64,000 bases of DNA from a bacterium (GCA_021777565.1 JAJYDJ010000001.1:88431-152430), one strand, 5' to 3'; positions 1 to 9,899 are shown, numbered from the stretch's first letter. Notes: generated by a model not told the origin, from the letters alone. Numbers and translations are program-made.

Positions 1-1
1 A

Positions 2-568
2 GTGGCACAGGTATATGCAGAGCAACCAATGACCTTTGGAGCACTCGAAGAGAATGGTAGAGCGCTCGAAGCTCTTCAGGCACAGCGAGCTAAACTTAAT
101 TCAGGTAAAGATGCAGCTGCTATTGCACTGATCGATGCAAGAATTGCACGACGACAAGCACAGGCAGAGGCAATGCGTGGATTTGTTGTTGCTGGGATGA
201 ACGAGTCTGAGACAGCACCAGAACCAGTGCCGCTTCATCTGTCCTATCATCTCGCACCCACACCAGCAGAACAAACGTACTGGTGGCAAATAGCACAAAA
301 ACTTGGTGTTAGGCTAACCCCAGATACAATTGCCGAAGGGATGGCCTCTCTTCATATTACGCAACAATATGAGGCAATGACAGATGCTGTTGCCGCATTT
401 CAGGCAGATAGAACACGAGTACAACGAGGCGATATGAGTGATGAATCAATGTCTGCGTACGAAGCAAGCAGACAGAGACTTTTTGATGCGTTTGTTCAAC
501 TTCAGGGGACGGTTGTGGTACGATCTATGCACAGTGCTGATGCACGAAGATACCGAGCTTCGGCATAA
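2..568 (+). CDS. Hypothetical protein (5'-truncated by window edge)
   Basis: Open frame running from the window start; no recognisable motif. Confidence 0.4.
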   Translation: MAQVYAEQPMTFGALEENGRALEALQAQRAKLNSGKDAAAIALIDARIARRQAQAEAMRGFVVAGMNESETAPEPVPLHLSYHLAPTPAEQTYWWQIAQKLGVRLTPDTIAEGMASLHITQQYEAMTDAVAAFQADRTRVQRGDMSDESMSAYEASRQRLFDAFVQLQGTVVVRSMHSADARRYRASA

Positions 569-587
569 CATGTGATATAGTAGTCTT

Positions 588-1139
588 ATGCAGGACTATA
601 TTATTCTCTGCGATGAGTCAGGTAATCACTTAGGCACAGCGCCGAAACTAGACTCACATAACGATCACACGCCACTGCATCTTGCTTTCTCGATCTTTAT
701 CTTTCGTAAAAATGGTGATGTCCTGCTTCAGCAGAGGAGTCATCTGAAAAAAACATGGCCTCTGATGTGGTCAAATACCTGCTGTGGGCATCAGAAGTTG
801 GATGAAGATTTAAAAACTACGGCACTGAAACGGCTTGAGTTTGAAATAGGGATTACTCAGGCAGATATAACTCTCATGCTTCCAAAGTTTCGTTACACCT
901 GTGAAAAAGATGGCATTGTGGAAAATGAAATTTGCCCTGTCTTTGTTGGGACGACTGAGCAAGAACCAACAGCAAACCCTGATGAAGTAGAAGCATGTGC
1001 CTGGATGCCATGGAGTGAGTGGATGGAAATTGTGAACAGGGATGATCAGGATTATTCTTACTGGTCCAAAAAAGAAACAAAAGAGCTTCTTGAGACGCCA
1101 GCCTTCCAAGACTTTTTAAAACAATTTAAGGAATCATAA
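588..1139 (+). CDS. idi: Isopentenyl-diphosphate delta-isomerase, type 1 (Nudix fold)
   Basis: ATG start; 'WSNTCCGH' catalytic Cys motif and a Glu-rich Nudix-like region typical of IDI-1; about 183 aa. Confidence 0.8.
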   Translation: MQDYIILCDESGNHLGTAPKLDSHNDHTPLHLAFSIFIFRKNGDVLLQQRSHLKKTWPLMWSNTCCGHQKLDEDLKTTALKRLEFEIGITQADITLMLPKFRYTCEKDGIVENEICPVFVGTTEQEPTANPDEVEACAWMPWSEWMEIVNRDDQDYSYWSKKETKELLETPAFQDFLKQFKES

Positions 1140-1695
1140 TTCCAAACTTACCAAGAAGCCTCACAATAGTATTCACAGGGAGTCCAACGACATTGTTATA
1201 ATCGCCATCAATTTTTTCAATCAGTGCGGCGCCAAGCCCTTGGATTTTGTATGCCCCTGAAGCATCTAGGTCATCTTCCTTCTCAATGTACCTTTCAATT
1301 TCTTCCTGAGTAAACGGTCTCATGACGATATTGGTGACGGTTGCTTCAGTCATCTCTTGGTCTTTGGTCAGGACGGTTGTCCCTGAGACTGCTTGATGCG
1401 TCTTGCCACTGAGCATGGTCAGCATTTCTCGAGCTTTTTCTTTGGTATGGGGCTTTCCAAGAAGTGCTCCTTCATAAACCACAAAAATATCATTGGCAAT
1501 AATAAGGGCATCAGGATGAGTTTTGAGTACATCATGCGCTTTGCCTGATGAAAGCTTTTTCGCCAGTTCTTCAGGAGTGAGGGGAAGTGTCATGTCTTCT
1601 TCATAACTACTGGGGATGGTTTCAAAGACAAGACCAAGTTGTTCAAGAATTTGTTTTTTACGAGGGGATTGTGAGGCAAGAATAATCTGTTGCAT
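1126..1695 (-). CDS. maf: Maf-like nucleoside triphosphate pyrophosphatase (septum formation protein Maf)
   Basis: N-terminal 'IILASQSPRKKQIL' Maf signature; about 189 aa. Confidence 0.8.
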   Translation of the reverse strand: MQQIILASQSPRKKQILEQLGLVFETIPSSYEEDMTLPLTPEELAKKLSSGKAHDVLKTHPDALIIANDIFVVYEGALLGKPHTKEKAREMLTMLSGKTHQAVSGTTVLTKDQEMTEATVTNIVMRPFTQEEIERYIEKEDDLDASGAYKIQGLGAALIEKIDGDYNNVVGLPVNTIVRLLGKFGIMIP

Positions 1696-1772
1696 AGCAA
1701 AAGTGTAGCAAAATAGTCTCGTAGAGACAATGTGCTATAATCTGTGACAAATCTCACTTGTGAGTAAAAGAT

Positions 1773-2261
1773 ATGTCCTACGATGATCAGTATTCTTATG
1801 TCGGTAGTGAAGAGCCTTCTGGGGAAGAGGCGATGTTTCGGCTCGCGATGGAAATTGAGGCCAAACGTGAAGCCCTCGCCCAAGACCCTTTGGAAATGGC
1901 AGGAATTCGACTGGTAACCTTTGTCTCTACCTCTGCGGGGAAAGATGAGCATGGCGAACAAAGGACTCGTCAACCACGTGAAGTAGTGTTATTAGTTATG
2001 AAACACCCACTGTCTTCTCGAAGAGGCGTACTGGCCTATACGGTACAGGAGGATCATTTAGTACCACGTACTCAGGATAGAGGTGTTTTATCTGCTGGAG
2101 ATCAGCTGGCTTCAGAGCATTTGTGGGATATAGATGAGACTGATCGTACTGAAGATACACTCATTCAACGTGCATGGAGGAATTATGAAACACGAGAAAG
2201 TATTTTTCAGATGGAACTAGAACTACATCGAATGGAGCGTGAAGCGCGTACTGCAGAATAA
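1773..2261 (+). CDS. Hypothetical protein
   Basis: ATG start, 162-aa ORF, acidic, no motif recognised. Confidence 0.4.
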   Translation: MSYDDQYSYVGSEEPSGEEAMFRLAMEIEAKREALAQDPLEMAGIRLVTFVSTSAGKDEHGEQRTRQPREVVLLVMKHPLSSRRGVLAYTVQEDHLVPRTQDRGVLSAGDQLASEHLWDIDETDRTEDTLIQRAWRNYETRESIFQMELELHRMEREARTAE

Positions 2262-2263
2262 GC

Positions 2264-2989
2264 TTATTTTCTCTTGTAAGAAATATATCCAACGAATACT
2301 GCGATAAGAACTCCTAAGAAAAGACTTACTACTCCAGTCCCAATACCCATACCACCAACTGATTGTGGTTTACCTACCCAGTCAGCAAATGAGGCACCAA
2401 AGGGACGTGTCAAAATATAGGCGATCCAGAACATAGCTACTTCATTAAGCCTGAGCGAGAAATAACCAATGGCGGGGAGTGCAAAAAGAATGGCAAAAAG
2501 TACTCCTGAAGTAAAGTAGCCCAGGTGCAGTGTGGTGGCAGTCATATCACCAACGGCTGTACCCAGAGCAAAGGTAGTGATAATAGTTGCCCAGTAGAAA
2601 AGCTCACGACGAACTGTGTAAATACTATGAATAGAGAGTGTTTTCTCAACGCTATACCAGACCACAAAAATGACAGCAAGGGACAGGGCAAAAAAGATTG
2701 ATGAGATGAGGTAAGGGATACCAAACCCCACATGGAGTACATCTGCTGCCATAGTCCCAAAGATGGCAACCATGACGACTGCCAACCAATACACCCATGG
2801 AATATATTTCTTCACCACAAATTGCAGTACAAGTGCAATGAGGAGGCCAACTCCACCCAGTCCTACTGCGATAATAGGATCAATTTTCTGAACTAAATAA
2901 TCAGAGGTGACTTCACCCATGGCAGTGGTAAGAAGTTTTATAATCCAAAAGAAGATAGTGACTTCAGGAACTTTCTTAAGAATGTTCAT
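2264..2989 (-). CDS. Polytopic membrane protein (unknown function)
   Basis: Multiple hydrophobic helices. Start placed at the internal ATG (MNILKKV...) immediately after the stop of the upstream gene rather than at the overlapping ORF start 3148. Confidence 0.5.
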   Translation of the reverse strand: MNILKKVPEVTIFFWIIKLLTTAMGEVTSDYLVQKIDPIIAVGLGGVGLLIALVLQFVVKKYIPWVYWLAVVMVAIFGTMAADVLHVGFGIPYLISSIFFALSLAVIFVVWYSVEKTLSIHSIYTVRRELFYWATIITTFALGTAVGDMTATTLHLGYFTSGVLFAILFALPAIGYFSLRLNEVAMFWIAYILTRPFGASFADWVGKPQSVGGMGIGTGVVSLFLGVLIAVFVGYISYKRK

Positions 2990-2990
2990 A

Positions 2991-3494
2991 TTATTCTTCA
3001 GGGATAACATATCCCAAGACATCAAAGTCTGGATGCCAGATTTCAAGCATATCTGTAGAGTCCTTGGCGTCGCGAATGAAAGGTGAGGTAGTAATATATT
3101 TCTCTCTAAATGCCGCAAAGTCTGGAACTGCATAATCTCCACAGCCAACCTGTAGACGATACGGGTCTACAATACGAACTCCCAGTGACGTTATATGTTG
3201 GTCATGAATCATTTGATCAACATGAACATAAAGGTTTTTATCTGAAGTGAAAGGCTCCTGTGGACCTTTTTTCTCAATGAGATTATATAAAAAGTCATAT
3301 TCTTCAGGGTAATGGGCAAATACTTTTACAATACTTACAGGAAGGGTTTGGTCGAGTACTTTCTGGGAGAGTTTTTGTAGTTCATCAACAAGATAGAGTA
3401 GTGATTCTTGGAGTTTCTCTTCACTCGTGATGGGGCTAAATCGATAAAAAGCAGACATGTGACTATTGTAGTAGATTTTTATGTGATTTACCAC
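2991..3494 (-). CDS. Hypothetical protein
   Basis: 167-aa ORF, tightly spaced with the downstream membrane protein gene. Confidence 0.4.
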   Translation of the reverse strand: MVNHIKIYYNSHMSAFYRFSPITSEEKLQESLLYLVDELQKLSQKVLDQTLPVSIVKVFAHYPEEYDFLYNLIEKKGPQEPFTSDKNLYVHVDQMIHDQHITSLGVRIVDPYRLQVGCGDYAVPDFAAFREKYITTSPFIRDAKDSTDMLEIWHPDFDVLGYVIPEE

Positions 3495-3552
3495 ACAAAT
3501 AACGTCTTATATTAGTTGAAAATATGCCTCATTTATAGTATACTCAGCTTCC

Positions 3553-4416
3553 ATGTACGAAGTAGAACCACAGGTATTGCATGAACGAGCTGAAATGCTT
3601 GCTGCAGTACTTACTGAATTTGACCAAGAGCATCCAGGAGAACTGCATGATCTTAATTTTGTGGAACAAAGAGAATATGAAGATCTCTGCTTAGTCTTTT
3701 TGGGTCTCAAACCTGCTACTACTCCTATTGGATCAGGACAAGAGCTACATCCTGACCTGATCGATCTCATGGCCAAGGCACTTGGCGAAGGTGCTGATGC
3801 TCATTTGCGCGTGGAGTATCAGTGGAATATGCCTCAAGTCATCTGGAATCCAGAACTCGTGAGGAGAGTTTTAGGTGAACACCCTGATATGGAATCCGCA
3901 CAAGCAGTTTTAGAAGCGCTAGATGGCGGAGAAGCATTGACGCAGTATCTATTTTGGTTAGATAGCTCGGAAGAAGTTGCAGATAGAGCGCTTTCTGGTA
4001 TGCTCTTTGGATTTCCACCAGCAGCTGCTGAAGGGATGATGGATCTTACTGATCAAATGGTTGAGATTATCCACGGCCTAGCATATGGAGAAAGACGTCA
4101 ATATCGGCAGGAAATCCCCGTTGGATGGGTCCTTTTTGACACTGAAGATTCACCAAATCCTCCTGACCGTGATCGATTTGGGGGAAGGGGCCCACGAGAG
4201 ATTTTCCTTGAAGAATGTGATCGATTGGTAGCAGCAGGGCAACTAGATCAAGCATTTGTCGATCAAGTACGACAACTCCATCCTGCCAATGTCCCTGGAA
4301 ATCCATATATTACCTTGGGGGATGCAACAGTCTTGGACGAAGGGAAACTTCGTTCACAATGGGCGCTTGCAGGAATACAAGGACAACTAAATCATATGTT
4401 TGGCGTGGTGGAATAA
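3553..4416 (+). CDS. Hypothetical acidic protein
   Basis: ATG preceded by TATACT-N8 (leaderless-type promoter); 287 aa. Confidence 0.45.
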   Translation: MYEVEPQVLHERAEMLAAVLTEFDQEHPGELHDLNFVEQREYEDLCLVFLGLKPATTPIGSGQELHPDLIDLMAKALGEGADAHLRVEYQWNMPQVIWNPELVRRVLGEHPDMESAQAVLEALDGGEALTQYLFWLDSSEEVADRALSGMLFGFPPAAAEGMMDLTDQMVEIIHGLAYGERRQYRQEIPVGWVLFDTEDSPNPPDRDRFGGRGPREIFLEECDRLVAAGQLDQAFVDQVRQLHPANVPGNPYITLGDATVLDEGKLRSQWALAGIQGQLNHMFGVVE

Positions 4417-4417
4417 C

Positions 4418-4687
4418 TTAGAGATTTCTTCGGCCTTCGTATTCAGGGTCAACATCATTTAAATTTGGACAAGACATTGATCTGGCTTCTACGCGTGCAT
4501 CTGCAATTTGTCGTGCGGCGGTGAGTGCTTGCTCGGAGAGAATAGCTCCACTTGGCATCTGAAAGTTGATGGATTGGGGGCTTTCTAGTGGGGGGACACT
4601 GTGCGCAATCGTTTCAGCACGACGGCGAAAAAGACATTCTGTTGTCCCTGCAAGTTGGCAATCAAAACACATACGGTCAGGTTTCAT
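4418..4687 (-). CDS. Hypothetical small protein
   Basis: 89-aa ORF filling a gap between well-supported genes; Cys-x2-Cys near N-terminus. Confidence 0.25.
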   Translation of the reverse strand: MKPDRMCFDCQLAGTTECLFRRRAETIAHSVPPLESPQSINFQMPSGAILSEQALTAARQIADARVEARSMSCPNLNDVDPEYEGRRNL

Positions 4688-4768
4688 CTTGGTGCGAGTA
4701 TATCAAAGCCCTATATTACTTTCAATAACAAGAGGTACGGTTGTGAGTTGATATAGAAACGTAACTGA

Positions 4769-5470
4769 CTAGAGGGGATAGAGAGTTCCGTCATAGCGTA
4801 GAAATTTCCCATTAAACTCGTCCTTCCAATTCTGAGCAATAGCCAGTATCTTTTGTGCCTGGTCATAGGGCATATCGGTACCAACAGGATTCATGTCTGT
4901 TTTGACACTGCCAGGATGGACGGCATAGGTTTTTATGTTAGTTGGCAAATCAGTCAAACTGCAAAACGTCATCATGTTCAGTGCTGTCTTACTGGCGCGG
5001 TAGCCATAATTTGCTGACGTATTTGGAATCTCATCATGATAGGAAGCCCTACAACTGGAAACATTCACAACAAAACTTTTTTCAGCTTTCATAAGGAGTG
5101 GAAGATAGGTTTTGACCATTAAAAGTGGGGCTATGGTATTAATGCTAATCATGTTTAGTAACGATTCACGATCCAGATCCTGAAGCAGTGTTACTTTTTC
5201 TTTGTGATTGTTGGTTGCACTATCTTTGTTCACACCTGCGTTATTAACTAGGAAGTCCAGATGATCGGTCTGCACACTCACCAGTTCAAAACTTTGTGCG
5301 ATAGATGTATCAGATGAAAGGTCGAGGGGAATGACATGCAGGTTCTCTCGCTGTGGGGTGTTTTGAGGCTGTCTCTCTCCAGAAAAGACCACATATCCCC
5401 GGTCTAAAAGATAGTCAACAAATCCTTTTCCAAGGCCTTTCCCGCCACCGGTAACGAATGCTGTCATCAT
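4769..5470 (-). CDS. Short-chain dehydrogenase/reductase (SDR) family oxidoreductase
   Basis: N-terminal Rossmann 'TGGGKGLGKG' (TGxxxGxG); catalytic 'YRASK' (YxxxK) in the C-terminal half. Confidence 0.8.
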   Translation of the reverse strand: MMTAFVTGGGKGLGKGFVDYLLDRGYVVFSGERQPQNTPQRENLHVIPLDLSSDTSIAQSFELVSVQTDHLDFLVNNAGVNKDSATNNHKEKVTLLQDLDRESLLNMISINTIAPLLMVKTYLPLLMKAEKSFVVNVSSCRASYHDEIPNTSANYGYRASKTALNMMTFCSLTDLPTNIKTYAVHPGSVKTDMNPVGTDMPYDQAQKILAIAQNWKDEFNGKFLRYDGTLYPL

Positions 5471-5487
5471 GAGTTTAGTATAGCAAA

Positions 5488-5919
5488 TTAACTCACGGTA
5501 CGCCTGAGTGAGACACGCTCTGGATCACTCGTATCAGCCTCCAGCCTATCTTTCCACTCTCCCTGTCTGAGATAGGAGAGTCCATTATCTGTGCCTCGTG
5601 TACGCTCTGCTCTTCGTGAGCTGGTGTATTGGCCAATAATGCCTTGATCGAGCATCTGACCAAGCGCTTCAGCACCGAGATATTTGACGTGACCAGGCAA
5701 TACCTCAAGAACTGCACCAGTCTCACCATCACATCTGACTTTGTTTGAGAAAAAGGTTGTTCTGGTGAAAGTTCCGGTCTCCTCGTCCCATGAACCCTTC
5801 ATGGTTATGACCTCACCGCCTGCAGTAACTCGAAATTTTGCTTCATCACCTGCAATATCCTGCTCGATACGTGCGCGTTTGCCTGCGTGGGAAAATACTC
5901 CTGCCTCTTCAAATGCCAT
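5488..5919 (-). CDS. Hypothetical protein
   Basis: 143-aa ORF; ATG preceded by TATACT-N8. Confidence 0.4.
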   Translation of the reverse strand: MAFEEAGVFSHAGKRARIEQDIAGDEAKFRVTAGGEVITMKGSWDEETGTFTRTTFFSNKVRCDGETGAVLEVLPGHVKYLGAEALGQMLDQGIIGQYTSSRRAERTRGTDNGLSYLRQGEWKDRLEADTSDPERVSLRRTVS

Positions 5920-5987
5920 AGAGGGGTAGTATACCTATTTTTGAAGCAGAAATCAATCCTATAATAGTCGATGAAGAGGAAGAGAGA

Positions 5988-6746
5988 CTATCTGTACCTA
6001 CTGTCTTTTCTCAACTCTTCTTCTGAAGGAGCAGTATTCCAATCCTCAACAAATAGTTCTTCAGCGAACCCTTTGGGGTAAATCCCAGGTTTGACCGCCA
6101 AGAGGGTAGTGCTGATCCCATCGTCGTAGGTAACCACGTCGTAGTTAAATGGTTCGCCCTCCAATATCGCTTCCATCCTGTCTGCTGTCTGAAATCCTGT
6201 CCTTTGGTTAAATGCGAGTTCATCACCGGTTGCATTATGTCTAGCAAAGCATGCTTTGATAACCCCACCTGGAGCCAAGTACCTATCCATTTGGTACGCA
6301 ACTAGCTCTGGGGCTGCACTATAGGCGATTGAATTTGATCCCAAAAATGCTCCAACTGTTCCTGGCTCTATGCCTGGCAAAGATAGTCCTTCTGCTGAAG
6401 TCATGTGGGTACGGGCTCTCCCTAAGTATCGATCTACTTGTGTTGGCATGCTCAGCACGGTGGCATGAAAATTAAGTCCTCTTGCCTGCTCAGTCCGTGA
6501 AAGTTCAAAAATACCACGCGTAGTGCCTTCACCCAAACCAACAATCGTGGGTCTGCCAATACATTTGAGATGGGCTAGTGTAGCATTCAAACCGCCAAGC
6601 CCGCCTATATAATAGGCTGCTTCGCGGTCAGTAATGTATGCTGGCTCTGATTTGGTCCTTTCAATTTCTCTGATTCTTCGAATCTGTGCTGCTGCGGCAT
6701 TGCGCTCAACGGATCCTTTCTCGATAGCTGTCTCAACATGAGTCAT
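5988..6746 (-). CDS. Hypothetical protein, possibly a SAM-dependent methyltransferase-like fold
   Basis: 'VGLGEGTTRG' (GxGxG) and 'LAPGGVIK' resemble methyltransferase motifs I and post-II; weak. Confidence 0.35.
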   Translation of the reverse strand: MTHVETAIEKGSVERNAAAAQIRRIREIERTKSEPAYITDREAAYYIGGLGGLNATLAHLKCIGRPTIVGLGEGTTRGIFELSRTEQARGLNFHATVLSMPTQVDRYLGRARTHMTSAEGLSLPGIEPGTVGAFLGSNSIAYSAAPELVAYQMDRYLAPGGVIKACFARHNATGDELAFNQRTGFQTADRMEAILEGEPFNYDVVTYDDGISTTLLAVKPGIYPKGFAEELFVEDWNTAPSEEELRKDSRYR

Positions 6747-6845
6747 TTGCGAAAGATATCAGAGAAGCGAGGAGAAGTCAACCTATAATAAATTCTTTGA
6801 TTTTTAAAGATCCTGTGATCTTACTTTTTTTGTTATAATTTCTTA

Positions 6846-7826
6846 ATGTTTCCTGACGTGTTGGTCCCCACATTGCAGAATAAAGAGAAGGCGGCGTTGC
6901 TATTAAAAAGTTACGGGAAAGATACCCTTTCATACTTTCATCTCCAGGAAGAACGTCAACATTTTTTCTCTCCTTCTGGAAAGTCCTTTCTGTCATTTAA
7001 GGTGCTTAACCGTGTCGCTATCGTCGCCGCGGATCCCGTGGGCCTCTCATCTGAGCTCCCAATCCTTCTGAAAGCATTCCTTGATTATACTAAGACATGG
7101 AAGTTAGTGCCGTGTTTTGTCGGACTAAGTGCCACATACATCTCATGTATACAATCCTATGGACTTAAGACGAAAAAAATCGGGGAGGAGGCAATTTTGT
7201 GCACAGAGCATTTTCAAAGAGAAAATTTGAAGAAAAAAGTGAAACATACACTGCGACATTTGGAAAAAGAAAATAGTGAGGTGTTCTTTTTTACATCCAA
7301 AAATTTGCCAGATGCAATACGCCAACAATTGAAGATGATTTCTCAGAGTTGGATTCAGAAAAAAGGTGGAAAAGAGAAAGGATTTTCAATGACCCTGAAA
7401 AGACTGCCTAATGAATCAGATGAGGATTGTCTTTTTGCCGTTGCGATGCATAGGGATCTTGCCTTGGGATATCTTTGTTTTGTGCCAATTTATAAGTCAG
7501 CAACATTGTCTTTGGATCAAGCTCGTCAAAAGAGTGATGCACCCAACGGGCTCAATGAACTTTTGATCATAAAATCTGCAGAATACTTTAGAGAAAGAGG
7601 TATAAAGAAATTAAGTCTGAATTTTGCTGCATTCTCACAGGTCACAACGCCAAAAACAGGAATAAAAAAAACAGTGTATGAAATCTTGGGAAATCTATAT
7701 AAAAGTAATACGCTTAGAAAGTTTAATGAAAAATTTCTGCCTTCATGGGAAGATAGGTATATTGCCTATCAGAGCCTTGGTCACATGCCACTATGTTTAC
7801 TCGCCATTTTACGTGCAGAGAGATAG
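6846..7826 (+). CDS. DUF2156-type domain protein (C-terminal aminoacyl-phosphatidylglycerol synthase/LPG-synthase-like domain, stand-alone)
   Basis: Reads like the soluble C-terminal aminoacyl-transferase domain of MprF-family enzymes without the flippase TM domain. I recognise the fold family but cannot point to a named motif. TATAAT-N6-ATG start. Confidence 0.6.
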   Translation: MFPDVLVPTLQNKEKAALLLKSYGKDTLSYFHLQEERQHFFSPSGKSFLSFKVLNRVAIVAADPVGLSSELPILLKAFLDYTKTWKLVPCFVGLSATYISCIQSYGLKTKKIGEEAILCTEHFQRENLKKKVKHTLRHLEKENSEVFFFTSKNLPDAIRQQLKMISQSWIQKKGGKEKGFSMTLKRLPNESDEDCLFAVAMHRDLALGYLCFVPIYKSATLSLDQARQKSDAPNGLNELLIIKSAEYFRERGIKKLSLNFAAFSQVTTPKTGIKKTVYEILGNLYKSNTLRKFNEKFLPSWEDRYIAYQSLGHMPLCLLAILRAER

Positions 7827-8414
7827 TTACTTACTCATAAGCATGTATGCTGCTAATGCAGCCATACCGAAATCCTCGATAAGGGTAATCTTTGTCAAAG
7901 GCACTTTCAGAAGTGTACCAAGACAAGCGCATTGGAACTTTTCATGTCTGACAAGTTTTAGCGCGACTCCAATACCACTAAATACCATGACCATAATTTC
8001 CACCATGAGGATTATACGTACTTGGAAGTTGAGTATCATAGCTATGGCAAAAAATAATTCGATAAATGGATACACATATCCGTATCCGAACAGTCTTTTG
8101 GCAAGAAGGTCATAGGTTGCGTACCCTTCTGCAAACCCTGATAGGTCTATGAGTTTAAACCCAGAGAAAACAAGAAAGAACCCAATCATGAAATTGTAGA
8201 TCACTTTTGTCCCAGAAAATTCTGAGCTGCTGGAGATAATAAGTGATGTGAGAAGAATGAGCCCAATGATAATAAAAAGTGGCATGTAGCTTGCGGCTTT
8301 TTCTCCTTGCGTCTGTCGCTCGGATTTTAAGACGAGCTTCATCCCACACTTGGGGCATGCGCCCGGGGACTTTTGAGTAACTTCAGGGTGCATGGGGCAG
8401 ACGTATGTGTCCAT
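7827..8414 (-). CDS. Heavy-metal-binding domain (YxCPMHPE...CPKCGM) fused to a MauE/DoxX-like membrane domain
   Basis: N-terminal 'YVCPMHPEV...CPKCGM' motif; four or more TM helices with 'CACLGT' (CxCxG) as in MauE. Confidence 0.55.
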   Translation of the reverse strand: MDTYVCPMHPEVTQKSPGACPKCGMKLVLKSERQTQGEKAASYMPLFIIIGLILLTSLIISSSSEFSGTKVIYNFMIGFFLVFSGFKLIDLSGFAEGYATYDLLAKRLFGYGYVYPFIELFFAIAMILNFQVRIILMVEIMVMVFSGIGVALKLVRHEKFQCACLGTLLKVPLTKITLIEDFGMAALAAYMLMSK

Positions 8415-8519
8415 ACCTCTATGATAGCAGACCCGTCAAGCAAAAATGGATATCCGTAGGCAGCCTATTGGGGATTGAGGATCCTTGCGCTCAGGTGGAA
8501 TATATCCTATAATACTAAA

Positions 8520-9008
8520 ATGACTACTGAATGTTCATTCCAAATTTATCATAATGATGGATTACAGACTATTGACGGGTCTATCATCCGAGAGGTTGCT
8601 CAGCTTTCCAGGGATTGGGAAATCGAGCACCAAGGTGGTGATACTACACGTGTCCCTGCAGTTAGTGAGTATGAGCAGACCCTACAGGCAGACTGTGAAC
8701 TGAGTGATCGTACGATAATCGTTTTAGCTACCTTTGTAGGTACGGTTGTAGGGTATATTGTTGCTAATTCTCATCGTACAGATTCTGCTACAATGGCCCT
8801 TCAAGATATGTATGTAGGTGCAGAACATAGGCAGATGGGAATTGGAAGGAAACTGTTAAACTCATTGGAGGATGAAGCAAAGCAGGCCGGTGTTACGACG
8901 GTCGTTGCAGAAATACAAACCAGTGAAGGGAGACAACTTCTTTTGGGCAGTGGGTATGTATCAGATTCTGATGATGCTATCGCATCCCATATCCTCACGC
9001 AAGAGTAA
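8520..9008 (+). CDS. GNAT family N-acetyltransferase
   Basis: 'RQMGIGRKLL' acetyl-CoA binding motif (R/QxxGxG/A); TATAAT-N6-ATG start. The ORF-track start 8475 is a TTG. Confidence 0.7.
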   Translation: MTTECSFQIYHNDGLQTIDGSIIREVAQLSRDWEIEHQGGDTTRVPAVSEYEQTLQADCELSDRTIIVLATFVGTVVGYIVANSHRTDSATMALQDMYVGAEHRQMGIGRKLLNSLEDEAKQAGVTTVVAEIQTSEGRQLLLGSGYVSDSDDAIASHILTQE

Positions 9009-9020
9009 GGCGGGATAGAT

Positions 9021-9599
9021 TCAGCCTTTTCTAAATATCTGGAGTCCTTCTTTAAAACCGTAATAGACAATGATGAAACCGGCTAGAGGGTCTGCCCACC
9101 AAAGCCCAAATACAGCATTTAATAAAAGACCAACCAGAACAGAGGTTGCAAGAAGGCCATCAACTATGGTTACTTTTGCTTCCTTCTTCAAGACAGGGTT
9201 ATCGAGTGCTTGTCCCACTTTTGATTTACCAAAAGCAAGTAGGTACATAGCAATGGCAGTAGCGAAAATCCAAAAAATGCCTAAAACTGAGGTGTGGGCA
9301 TGAAACCTGGTGAGAATGACAACTGCTGATTGAATAAATATATAGAGTGCAAGGAGCAAAAAGGCAACACAGATAAGATTTTCAGCGAGTTTTTCTTTAT
9401 CTTTATTGATCGATTTTAGCTGCCATACAACAACAATGGAGGCAAATATCTCAATGACACTGTCTATGCCAAACCCTGCCAATGCCACGGACTTGGCAGA
9501 AAATGCCGTTGTGAGGACAATCCAACATCCAACAACATTCCAAAAAAGAGTTATATACTCTAGCCAAAGACCGTGAGTGATAGAGCCTCCTTTAGTCAT
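9021..9599 (-). CDS. Cation diffusion facilitator-like transmembrane domain protein
   Basis: 'SVALAGFGIDSVIE' (TM2-like) and 'LWWADPLAGFII' (TM5 'wxaDP' CDF signature); no cytoplasmic C-terminal domain. Confidence 0.55.
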   Translation of the reverse strand: MTKGGSITHGLWLEYITLFWNVVGCWIVLTTAFSAKSVALAGFGIDSVIEIFASIVVVWQLKSINKDKEKLAENLICVAFLLLALYIFIQSAVVILTRFHAHTSVLGIFWIFATAIAMYLLAFGKSKVGQALDNPVLKKEAKVTIVDGLLATSVLVGLLLNAVFGLWWADPLAGFIIVYYGFKEGLQIFRKG

Positions 9600-9800
9600 G
9601 TGTTTAGTATACCAAAAACCGAAGCAAGAAAGTCTAGATAATGCCTTGTTTTTTCTCTTGCAGGGGTGGAGGGAATATGAGCTTGCTCGCTTTGCTGCGC
9701 TTCCTCATGTAATTGAGGATAGTGATCCTCGCTTTGCTCGTTTTCACTATCTACTCAATTATCTGAACCCATGGGCTTGATTCTACACCCACTCAAAAAT

Positions 9801-9832
9801 AAAAAGACCAGACTAAAGTCTGGCATTTTATT
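9801..9832. terminator. Bidirectional rho-independent terminator hairpin
   Basis: AAAAA-GACCAGAC-TAAA-GTCTGG-C-ATTTTATT: 6-7 bp stem flanked by an A-run and a T-run. It lies downstream of the minus-strand Nudix gene. Confidence 0.5.
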
Positions 9833-9834
9833 CT

Positions 9835-9870
9835 GCAGGGGCTAGTGGACTTTGTTAGAACTCATTTTAT
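9835..9870. repeat. Imperfect direct repeat, copy A (gcaggggctagtgGactTTgttAgaac...)
   Basis: About 80% identical over about 35 nt to 13885-13920. Sits in an intergenic 3'UTR region. Confidence 0.6.
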
Positions 9871-9899
9871 GAGTGGAATAGCATTTTACTCAGGACTCA

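Noticed and set aside
9577-9780. 67-aa ORF between the CDF-like gene and the terminator
   Set aside because: No start context, low-complexity sequence, and it lies in the divergent or terminator region. It is probably non-coding.
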